From positions 3,415 to 67,414 of the forward strand of contig JANLTU010000036.1 of the NCBI GenBank assembly GCA_031363085.1: a stretch of 64,000 nt of DNA, in the 5' to 3' direction. Made by a program: the position numbers and the translations under genes. This DNA comes from Gammaproteobacteria bacterium (lineage in GTDB: Bacteria; Pseudomonadota; Gammaproteobacteria; SG8-11). Of the stretch, positions 11,758 to 19,828 are shown one piece after another. The stretch's first letter is position 1. Each line of letters opens with the position of its first letter. The notes below the pieces were generated by a model. The model saw nothing but the letters and a program-made list of their open reading frames with translations, had not been told where the DNA came from and made no database searches.

Positions 11758-12297
11758 TTAGCCGGTGTAGCGTGCCAATGCCGCTTCGATCAGCGTCACG
11801 GTTTTATCGATGCGCGCCGCAATGGCGGCGTCGAGTAAATTCAGGTTGCGCAATACGTCGCGGGTTTCGGTGTCGCTGTCATGCAGGATCTCGCCGGCGG
11901 TGTGCTGGAAGGTGACTCGCAAGGTGTCAGCGTCGGTCTGCGCGTGTTCAGTTTTGAGGCGTGCGAAGGCCGCGTTTAACAACAGCAGAACCCGGGCGCT
12001 GACGACTTCCGGTGCAGACGTCTGTTCGACGGCCGGGGCCGGGTGGCGCGGCGGGGTGCCGGCGCCGAAGGTTTCCGTCAGGCGCGCATTGATGGCGCGC
12101 AGCAATAATTGCAACGGCTCCTGCCGCAAATGCTCAAACGACGGCGCTTCGTTTTGCTCGGGTTTTGACTGTTTTTGGTCTTGGTCTTTTTTGATTGCAT
12201 CGACGACCGGGATGGCGCCGATGTGTTTTAACTGTGGGTCTGCGTCGCTGCGCGCAACCGGATCTTTGCCGGCACCGGTGATCTGCGAGACTTCCAT
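11758..12297 (-). CDS. Hypothetical protein (179 aa)
   Basis: An ORF with good codon usage and no recognisable motif; the central region is acidic and Gln/Lys-rich. Confidence 0.5.
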   Translation of the reverse strand: MEVSQITGAGKDPVARSDADPQLKHIGAIPVVDAIKKDQDQKQSKPEQNEAPSFEHLRQEPLQLLLRAINARLTETFGAGTPPRHPAPAVEQTSAPEVVSARVLLLLNAAFARLKTEHAQTDADTLRVTFQHTAGEILHDSDTETRDVLRNLNLLDAAIAARIDKTVTLIEAALARYTG

Positions 12298-12393
12298 GGA
12301 GCATTCCTCCGCCGAAGTAGCGACACGCTCTATAACGTCAGTGTAGCAAAAAACTTGCTACACGCCGCTACGCGGGTAGCGCGGCTATAATGT

Positions 12394-13560
12394 TTATAGC
12401 CGTGCGCGCTGATCGCGCAACGTAAAGCCTGCCAGTGCTAAATCAAGATTGCGCGTCAGCGCCAGCACCTTGAACAGCTCGCCCATTTCCGCCGGTGAGG
12501 TCAGCTTGTGAAGCTGTTGCGCCACCTGCCAGCGCTCGACATCGCTCGCGTTAGCATCAACCAGGCGGTCGATGCCGGTGGATAACAAGAAATGGGTCTG
12601 GTTGGAAAAACCCGCCACGTGCAAACCGCTGTCATGCGCGGCGTGTGCAAGCGCGCTGAAATCAACGTGACTGGTGATGTCTTGCAAGCCCACCCGCGTG
12701 AGCGGGTCGTTGTGCACCCGATGGCGGTAGTGACACACCAGCGTGCCGTCGCTGCGCTGCGGGTGGTAAAACTCGCGCGTCGGAAAACCGTAGTCAAACA
12801 GCAGCAGCGCACCGCGTTGCAGCAGCGCTGCACAGGTGCGCAGCCAGGCGTCGGCGGCGAGATTGATTTCCGTGGTGTAACCCGGCGGCAAATCATCGGG
12901 CAGCGCGGCGATGCGCGCCGGCAATGCGGCAGCGCTGAGCGGGCCGTCGCTCCAGGCCAAGCGATCCTGGGCCCAGGTCACGTACTGCTCCTGTGCACCG
13001 CCTGCGCTCAGGCGCACGCGGTGCACCGGCATCGCGTCCAACAGTTCGTTGGCCAGAATCACGCCTTCAAAAGGCGCCTCCGGCAAACGCTCCAACCACT
13101 CCACGCGCGCCACCAAATGTGCGGCGTGTGCGTGCAGCGTTTCCTGCTGGCGTGCGCGCAGGCTTGCGCTTAATTCCAGAATCGCATAGCGCTGCGGCAG
13201 GGCGTCCAGACGCTCCAGCTCCAGCAACACCTCGGCCGCCATGATGCCGCTACCGGCACCGACTTCCAGTACCTGTGGCGCTTCGCAGGCATGCAAAATT
13301 TGCGCGCACTGGCGCGCGACGCAACGCGAAAACAGCGGCGAAATTTCCGGCGCGGTGGTGAAGTCGCCGTCGGGTCCGAACTTGCGCAAGCCGTTCATGT
13401 AATAGCCCAGCGCCGGCGTATACAGCGCAAGCTCCATGTAGCGGCGAAAGCTGATGCGTTGCGCCTGCGTGATTTCGGCACGTATCCGCTGCAGCAGTTG
13501 TTCGCTGCACGCGCGCGCGGCAGCCTCAGGTTCGGGAAGATAAAACGGGTGCTTTTGCAT
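12394..13560 (-). CDS. Class I SAM-dependent methyltransferase, MidA/NDUFAF7 (DUF185) family
   Basis: Motifs FTTAPEISPLF and LEVGAGSG, with overall DUF185 architecture. Start at the internal ATG (MQKHPFY). Confidence 0.75.
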   Translation of the reverse strand: MQKHPFYLPEPEAAARACSEQLLQRIRAEITQAQRISFRRYMELALYTPALGYYMNGLRKFGPDGDFTTAPEISPLFSRCVARQCAQILHACEAPQVLEVGAGSGIMAAEVLLELERLDALPQRYAILELSASLRARQQETLHAHAAHLVARVEWLERLPEAPFEGVILANELLDAMPVHRVRLSAGGAQEQYVTWAQDRLAWSDGPLSAAALPARIAALPDDLPPGYTTEINLAADAWLRTCAALLQRGALLLFDYGFPTREFYHPQRSDGTLVCHYRHRVHNDPLTRVGLQDITSHVDFSALAHAAHDSGLHVAGFSNQTHFLLSTGIDRLVDANASDVERWQVAQQLHKLTSPAEMGELFKVLALTRNLDLALAGFTLRDQRARL

Positions 13561-13667
13561 GGATGCAGATTCTACGGGAACGCTCGATTTTTGTCGGGCT
13601 GCCGAATGCAGTAAAGTGGCTTGCCCGCTGCCGTGCGGGTAAAACTTTATCTTGGGGTACAACTTCC

Positions 13668-14420
13668 GTGGAAGCCAACGACAGTTTGTCACAGCAGGTG
13701 GTCTTGATCACCGGTGCCGCACATCGCATCGGCGCGCGCATCGCACACGCGTTGCATCGCGCCGGCGCTAACTTGGTGCTGCATTACCGCAGCTCGAAAG
13801 TCTCGGCGGAAGCCATTGCGCGGCAGTTGAACGGGCAGCGGCCCGCGTCGGTGGTGCTGGTGCAGGGTGATTTACAGGACACGCGGCGCGTGCCGCAAAT
13901 CGTTGACGAAGCCGCCGCCGCCTGGGGCCGGCTTGATGTGTTAATCAACAATGCGTCGACGTTTTATCCCACCACGATGGGCAGCGTGACCGAAGAGCAG
14001 TGGCGGGATTTACTCGGCGCCAATTTGCACGCGCCGTTTTTTCTGTCGCAAGCGGCGGCGCCGTTTTTGCGCAGCAGGCAAGGTTGCATCATCAACATCG
14101 CCGACATCCACGCCGACCGACCGCTGAAAAATTATCCGGTCTACAGCATTGCCAAAGCCGGCTTGGTGATGCTCACCAAGGCGCTGGCTGGTGAACTGGG
14201 ACCGGAGGTACGCGTCAACGCGGTTGCGCCCGGCGCAATTTTGTGGCCGGAGCACGGTCTGGACGACGTGACCAAGCAACGCATCGTGTCGCGCACGTTT
14301 CTGAAACGCCAGGGCGACCCCAGCGATATCGCACAGGCGGTGCTGTATCTGGTTCGCGATGCGGGTTACATGACTGGCCAGGTCTTGACTGTTGACGGGG
14401 GGCGTTCGTTGAACGGTTAG
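13668..14420 (+). CDS. SDR-family oxidoreductase, pteridine reductase-like
   Basis: Rossmann motif VVLITGAAHRIG and catalytic YSIAKAG (YxxxK). The track ORF from 13563 would overlap the divergent midA start, so the GTG at 13668 is proposed instead. Confidence 0.7.
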   Translation: MEANDSLSQQVVLITGAAHRIGARIAHALHRAGANLVLHYRSSKVSAEAIARQLNGQRPASVVLVQGDLQDTRRVPQIVDEAAAAWGRLDVLINNASTFYPTTMGSVTEEQWRDLLGANLHAPFFLSQAAAPFLRSRQGCIINIADIHADRPLKNYPVYSIAKAGLVMLTKALAGELGPEVRVNAVAPGAILWPEHGLDDVTKQRIVSRTFLKRQGDPSDIAQAVLYLVRDAGYMTGQVLTVDGGRSLNG

Positions 14421-14442
14421 TGCTTGCTGAATGTGGGAAATA

Positions 14443-14476
14443 AAAAAAGCCCCATCCTGCGAGGGATGGGGCTTTG
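14443..14476. terminator. Bidirectional rho-independent terminator between convergent genes
   Basis: Palindrome gccccatcc-tgcgag-ggatggggc flanked by A7 upstream and TTT downstream. Confidence 0.7.
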
Positions 14477-14495
14477 AAACAATTTAAGACTTACC

Positions 14496-17060
14496 TTATT
14501 GCAACTCGCCTTCGATGACGGCCGGTGCAGCAGTTACCGACGGTTTATCGCTGAGTGAGAAGCTGACCGTGCCGATCTCCGACGCGGTGGGCAGTGGCAG
14601 CGTGGTGCCCAGACCGGTGACGCTTAGCGCCGCGCAGGCCGAGAGCGCTTGGTCTTTCATGGTTTGCTCTTTCTCCATGCCCTTGATGATGAAGCTGTTG
14701 GCGCCAGCGGTCAGGCTGATCTTATCCGCCAAGGTGACTGACGCGTGCCAGCGGCCATCGACACTTTCGGTCCACGGGAAGCCCCACAATTCGCCGGGGC
14801 CGCCGTAGTTAAGGCGGAACTTCTTGCCATTGAAGGCGGTGTCGCCATTGGCGTCGTTTGCCGTGCTGTGGGTGTAGTTAAACTCCAGTGGCTTGTCGAA
14901 GGACGCGTAGCTGCTGTCCGAGACTTTCTGCACCGTCACCATATGACTCCAATCGTTCGAGCCGGTTTCCCACTGGTACGAAACATCGGCCTGATAGGCA
15001 TTCCACGGCGGCGTGCTGGTGGGCAGTGCAGTGGTCAACATCTGACCCGTTTGCATGCCGCCCCAGGTGTTGCCGAACTTGCTCAGGTCCAAGCCATCCA
15101 CCGAGACCACAGCGCTGCCGTCCATCAATAGGAGTTTGCCGTTGCTGATCGAGGCGGTGTATTGGTGTGGTGTGCCAGTTTGTGTGTTGCTCGTCCAGTC
15201 GAACCCTACTTCCGCATAGAACAGATTGGCTTCCGTGCTGGCGCTGGTGATGTCAGCCTGTATCAAGCCGCCTTTCAGGCAATGCTGATAGCAGTACAAC
15301 GTCGACCCGCTAGTAAGTGTGCTGTCGTTCGGTTTGACGAAGTCCTGCGAGTACAGCGTCACGGTGCGTTCCAGAGTCGGTGTGCTCGCCTTGTGTACGT
15401 AATTGATGTTGCCGCCCAGCGAGTCGGACCACAGTCCCAGCGACTGGCCGTCGGTCAAGGTTATCGTCGCCGCTGCTGCGACATCGTCGGCAGTGTTGGT
15501 GGGAGTGTTGTTAATGTCGATGGTTGTATAGCTCACCGGACCGGAGTTGCCCCACTCGAATCGATCCACAATCTTGAAGTTGCTGCCATCGTACGAGACA
15601 TGCCACTGACCGGAGTACGTCGTATACACCGGATGCGGTCCCCAGTAATTGAACTCCATGCCCTGGAACTGGCTGAGTAGCTCAGAAGTTGCAACACGCC
15701 GGATCAGCTTGCCCGCTGCCACGTGCACCGTGTAGTCGGTGGACGTGCCGGTTGAAAAGTCGACCTGCTTGATGGGGGTGTTATCCGGCAAATTGCCGCC
15801 CTCGTACCACACCCCCCAGTAACCGACATGGCCGTATTTGCCGTTGTAGGTGAAGGGAAAGCCTGAATCCAGTTCAACACGTTGACCGGCAGTGACGGTT
15901 TTGCCATTAAATTGGCCGTCGGCGGCGTGATACAAATTGTAACGCCACACGTTGGTGTTGAAATCGGTACGTGAGGTGCAGGCGGTTTCCTGAGTGTTGG
16001 TGCCGCTGTTACTGCTGTCGGACTGACGCAGGAAGTTTGCTGAATTGAAGGCCACTGCGAAGGTGTCGGAGTTCGATTTGGTTATTACGCCCGCATCCGG
16101 GTTGTCGGACGGATCATTGTAGCTGAACGATTCCGCCGAATGCGTCATCGCCTGACCGGTGTTGCCGTTGGCATCGTCAAGCAACACATGGCTGGACTCC
16201 TCGCGTGAAAAATCCATGCCTGCATTGTTGCCACCCATCGCAGCGCCGGCCACGTCAATAAATTTGAATTCGGGTTTTCCGGCCGTGTTGGAAACGGTAA
16301 ATAATGCCCCCTTCATCACCGCTACCTCAGAGCCAGCCGGCGCATTGAATACAGAGCCGTCGACCACACCTTTGAAGTTGAGGGTGAATTTACCAAAGGG
16401 ATTTGCAGCGCTGATTGCCTCGGTGACCGTGGTTTCGACCAGGATTTGTTTCTCATCCATCGGGTTCGGTCCACCGCCAGGTCCACCACCAGCGGCCTTG
16501 GTATTGCCGCTTTTTTGTTCTTTAGGTACCCAGATTTTAACGATCATCGGCGCGCTGCTGTCGGTGCGCGTCGAGTTGATGGTCCACTTCTCGTAGCTAA
16601 CCGTTTGACCACCGCTGGATTGGCCAGACTGACCCGAGCTGCTTTGATTCTTACCGGTCTCGCACTTGGCATTATTGACCAGCGCGATGTACGCGCCTTT
16701 GTTCACCATGTCGGCAGCGCGGGTCTGATCCATCACGCAGAGGATCATGTTGACGGTGCTCAGTGACTCAACGGACTTGTCGAATACATGCGTGTTCACC
16801 GGATCCTTTGTGTAGTCGGTGCCCGGGTCGGTCAATGCCGCCATCACGGCCTTATAGTTTGCTTTCAAGCCCATGACTTCACGACCAGCAGCGGAAGCCG
16901 TTTCTTTCGGCGTCACCACGCTCAAGGTCACGGGCATATCCAAGCCGGCGACGCTGCCGCTGCTGCCGCCACCGGTGGTGGTTTCAGAGCTGCCGCCACC
17001 GCCGCAGCCACTCAGGCCAAGCGCGCTCGATGCCAGCAACAGGGGGATTATTTTCTTCAT
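14496..17060 (-). CDS. Large secreted lipoprotein of unknown function (854 aa), Gly/Ser/Thr/Asn-rich
   Basis: Signal peptide with lipobox LSGC. Long low-complexity tracts (GGGGSSETTTGGGSSGS, SSSGQSGQSSGG, GGGPGGGP), composition biased toward beta-strand-forming residues, and no catalytic motif recognised. Confidence 0.6.
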   Translation of the reverse strand: MKKIIPLLLASSALGLSGCGGGGSSETTTGGGSSGSVAGLDMPVTLSVVTPKETASAAGREVMGLKANYKAVMAALTDPGTDYTKDPVNTHVFDKSVESLSTVNMILCVMDQTRAADMVNKGAYIALVNNAKCETGKNQSSSGQSGQSSGGQTVSYEKWTINSTRTDSSAPMIVKIWVPKEQKSGNTKAAGGGPGGGPNPMDEKQILVETTVTEAISAANPFGKFTLNFKGVVDGSVFNAPAGSEVAVMKGALFTVSNTAGKPEFKFIDVAGAAMGGNNAGMDFSREESSHVLLDDANGNTGQAMTHSAESFSYNDPSDNPDAGVITKSNSDTFAVAFNSANFLRQSDSSNSGTNTQETACTSRTDFNTNVWRYNLYHAADGQFNGKTVTAGQRVELDSGFPFTYNGKYGHVGYWGVWYEGGNLPDNTPIKQVDFSTGTSTDYTVHVAAGKLIRRVATSELLSQFQGMEFNYWGPHPVYTTYSGQWHVSYDGSNFKIVDRFEWGNSGPVSYTTIDINNTPTNTADDVAAAATITLTDGQSLGLWSDSLGGNINYVHKASTPTLERTVTLYSQDFVKPNDSTLTSGSTLYCYQHCLKGGLIQADITSASTEANLFYAEVGFDWTSNTQTGTPHQYTASISNGKLLLMDGSAVVSVDGLDLSKFGNTWGGMQTGQMLTTALPTSTPPWNAYQADVSYQWETGSNDWSHMVTVQKVSDSSYASFDKPLEFNYTHSTANDANGDTAFNGKKFRLNYGGPGELWGFPWTESVDGRWHASVTLADKISLTAGANSFIIKGMEKEQTMKDQALSACAALSVTGLGTTLPLPTASEIGTVSFSLSDKPSVTAAPAVIEGELQ

Positions 17061-17346
17061 AGCTACTCCTTCAATTTTCGTTTTTGGTTAATGTTCGGGT
17101 CGTTTAGCAAGTTGATCGCGGGCGTCTGAGAAAATTACACCGACCTGTAGACGAAGCGCGCGAGCATGCTGCTGGCTGTATCAGAGGGGATATCGAGGGA
17201 AGTTCAGCGGCGCTTTAATAACATTGGGCGCTATCAATATCGCTAGGTGCGGAATGCGGCACGCAACCTCTGGACGCGTCACAATCCGTTGGCGGAGGGG
17301 CGCAAAATTTCGTGCTCAACAGCAGCCGTGGAAACTGTTACCCAGG

Positions 17347-17946
17347 TCAGGATTGTTCGAGTTGCGCGATGCGTTTTTCCAGTGCGCCGATGGTTTTGCG
17401 GGTGTCGCCCAGCAGCTTGGCGAGTTGCTGGTGCAGGTAAATATTTTCGATGTTCATCTGAATATGAAACGCGAGGCGTTCCAGTATTTTTTGATCGTCT
17501 GCAGAAAACGTTTTCATACCGCGTTTATTCAACACCTGGATCGCGCCGTTCACCTGGCCGGGCGCCGCGCCGCGCACCGGCACGCACAGCGCGCTTTGCG
17601 TCATGTAGCCGGTCTGCATATCCACCCATTCGTGCGAGCCGGCGCGATTTTCCATGTCGGTTACTAGTTGGGTTTCGCCGCTGGAAATCACTTGGCCCAC
17701 CAGCGACTCGCCGCGTGGAACGGCCACTTGGCGTTCTTTCAAGCCGGTGCCGCTTTGCACCCAGATGTTGTCCGACTCCGGGTCGAGCACAAAAATACTA
17801 CAGCGCTCGCAGTTGAGCGTTTTGGGAATGATCTCGACAAAAAAATCCAGCAACGGTTTATCGCCGGTGTTGCGCCAAGCGGCGTCGATTTTTTTTTGCT
17901 TGGCTTTCAGCTCTTCCAGACGCTGGATCAGCGAATCGGTCGTCAT
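17347..17946 (-). CDS. GAF domain-containing protein (~200 aa)
   Basis: A GAF-like core (CERCSIFVLDPESDNIWVQSG ... ALCVPV) followed by a C-terminal coiled coil. Confidence 0.6.
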   Translation of the reverse strand: MTTDSLIQRLEELKAKQKKIDAAWRNTGDKPLLDFFVEIIPKTLNCERCSIFVLDPESDNIWVQSGTGLKERQVAVPRGESLVGQVISSGETQLVTDMENRAGSHEWVDMQTGYMTQSALCVPVRGAAPGQVNGAIQVLNKRGMKTFSADDQKILERLAFHIQMNIENIYLHQQLAKLLGDTRKTIGALEKRIAQLEQS

Positions 17947-18064
17947 AACTCTTCTCCGCGAAGTGAAAACGACGCGCGCATGAAATCGCAACGAGTTCCG
18001 TGCGTGCGGCTCGCTATGATGCTTATGTCGGCAGGGCGGGGCTGAACTTGTGCGGGAAAAATTC

Positions 18065-18100
18065 GATCTTTGTCCCGGCGGTGCAGCCGGGACAAAGATC
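18065..18100 (-). terminator. Rho-independent terminator downstream of the multicopper oxidase gene
   Basis: 15-bp perfect inverted repeat gatctttgtcccggc-ggtgca-gccgggacaaagatc, followed on the minus strand by a T-rich tract. Confidence 0.65.
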
Positions 18101-18127
18101 GACAAATAAAAAATTAATGCAGAGACA

Positions 18128-19741
18128 TCACGGCTGCACTACTAACGGACGCATCATGTCGTGGTCTTCGTGTTCCAGCATGTGGCAGTGCCACACAAAC
18201 TTGCCGGTGTAATCGGTGAAGCGCGCGATGATCCGCGTGATTTCACCCGGCGGGCAACGTACCGTGTCTTTCCACCCCACCTCGTTCGGGTCGACCGGTG
18301 TATAGGCGCCGTCGGCCTTGCGTTTGCGGTCCAGCACCTGGAATTGCACCAGATGCAAATGGATCGGATGCGCATCGCGGGTGAGGTTATCCAATTCCCA
18401 GATTTCAATCGCATCCAGCTCCGGGTCTTCGGTAACAGGGTCCGTGTAGTGCATGTCGTTCAATAGCACTTCGATGGGATTCCCCTTTGCATCCTTCTTT
18501 TCCACCAAAGTCATGTGGCGGGTATTGATCGGCGACATTCTTTCAGCAGCCAAGATTGCTGTAACGGCCGCAACATTGCGCAGCAGCACTTTGTGTTCGT
18601 CGATTTTAATACTCAGCCGGGACGGCAGACTGGGGGGGATTACACTGGTATCCGGCGCCTTTGTCTTGGGCTGTACTATGACGAATTTCAAAATTTGCTC
18701 CATGCCGTCGGTGGGCTTGGGTCCAGGCGCAGGATCGCCGGGAAACGGCGACGCAGCGTCGTTGGTCAGCAAGATTTCGTCGCCCGGCGTACCGCCACTG
18801 AAGTCAATGATGACGTCAGCCCGTTCCCCAGGGGCCATCAGCAGTGCGGGTTGGCCGGTAGAACACAGCGGGATCGGTGCCGGTAAAAATCCTCCGTCGC
18901 TGCCGATTTGAAATGCGGCCGGGCAAATCTTGGCGGCGAGAAGAGGACTTAAGGCCAGCGAATAAAAACGCGAGTTCGAACCGTTAACCACGCGAAAGCG
19001 ATAACGGCGTGGTTCCACGCTGAGTTTGGGCCACACTTTGCCGTTAACAACAACGTGGTCGCCGAAGAACTCGGGCTGTTCAGCGCTGGTTTGATACAGC
19101 AGCGCTGTCGGCTTGTCGCGCGAGTCGAACATCCGATCTTGAATAATCAGCGGCACCTCATAGGCACCGCAAGGCAGATTAAGATCGACTTCATGCTTGT
19201 CACGCAACAGATAAGCACCGGCCAGTCCGGCATACACGTTCAACCGGGTAATGCCCATGGTGTGGTCGTGAAACCAGAGCGTGGCACCGGGTTGGTCGTT
19301 GGGGTAGCAGTAGGTCGCCGAGCTTGGGTTATGGCCTGAGCCTTCGGGGTGAGTAAAGGCATCCGGTAAGCCATCGCTTTCCGACGGGCAGTGCGCGCCA
19401 TGCAAATGCACTACGGCGTGGCCGGGTTGGGCGATGTGAACCATGCCCGTGCCCATATTTGCCATGGGTGCTAACGGAACGTCCATGGTAAATGGGAATT
19501 TCCCGGTCACCGGCAGCCGGTTGATCCACGTGACTTCGACCGGTCGGTCGGATTTCGCGTCGATAATCGGGCCGGGATAACTGCCCGCGTAGGCCCATAC
19601 CGGGACCGGCGGCATATCGGAATGGAAGCGGTGCTGAACTTCGCTCATGACAATTTCGTAGCGATCTTCCTTGCTGGTGGAAGCCTTGGGTATCGCGACA
19701 TTCAAGCGCGGTAGTTCGTCCTTAAATTTCATAAGTGCCAT
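18128..19741 (-). CDS. Multicopper oxidase (CotA/bilirubin-oxidase-like), no detectable signal peptide
   Basis: All four copper-ligand motifs are present: HLHG, WFHDHTMG, HPIHLHLVQF and WHCHMLEHEDHDMM. AAGGAGA RBS upstream of the ATG at 19741 (MALMKF...). Confidence 0.85.
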   Translation of the reverse strand: MALMKFKDELPRLNVAIPKASTSKEDRYEIVMSEVQHRFHSDMPPVPVWAYAGSYPGPIIDAKSDRPVEVTWINRLPVTGKFPFTMDVPLAPMANMGTGMVHIAQPGHAVVHLHGAHCPSESDGLPDAFTHPEGSGHNPSSATYCYPNDQPGATLWFHDHTMGITRLNVYAGLAGAYLLRDKHEVDLNLPCGAYEVPLIIQDRMFDSRDKPTALLYQTSAEQPEFFGDHVVVNGKVWPKLSVEPRRYRFRVVNGSNSRFYSLALSPLLAAKICPAAFQIGSDGGFLPAPIPLCSTGQPALLMAPGERADVIIDFSGGTPGDEILLTNDAASPFPGDPAPGPKPTDGMEQILKFVIVQPKTKAPDTSVIPPSLPSRLSIKIDEHKVLLRNVAAVTAILAAERMSPINTRHMTLVEKKDAKGNPIEVLLNDMHYTDPVTEDPELDAIEIWELDNLTRDAHPIHLHLVQFQVLDRKRKADGAYTPVDPNEVGWKDTVRCPPGEITRIIARFTDYTGKFVWHCHMLEHEDHDMMRPLVVQP

Positions 19742-19828
19742 TGCAGTTCTCCTTGAGTTTGTTTCAATAAAAAGTAACCGAGACAGGGTGTCGTCAGTCA
19801 CGCCATGTCCTTCTTGTACCCCCCTCAT

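Noticed and set aside
11758-12297. Possible FlaG-like identity for the 179-aa hypothetical protein
   Set aside because: Only a vague C-terminal resemblance, no flagellar gene context and the wrong length. Kept as hypothetical.
13563-13667. Track start of the pteridine-reductase-like SDR at 13563
   Set aside because: It would begin 3 nt from the divergent midA start codon and leave no promoter space. The Rossmann motif begins ~45 residues in, so the downstream in-frame GTG at 13668 is preferred.
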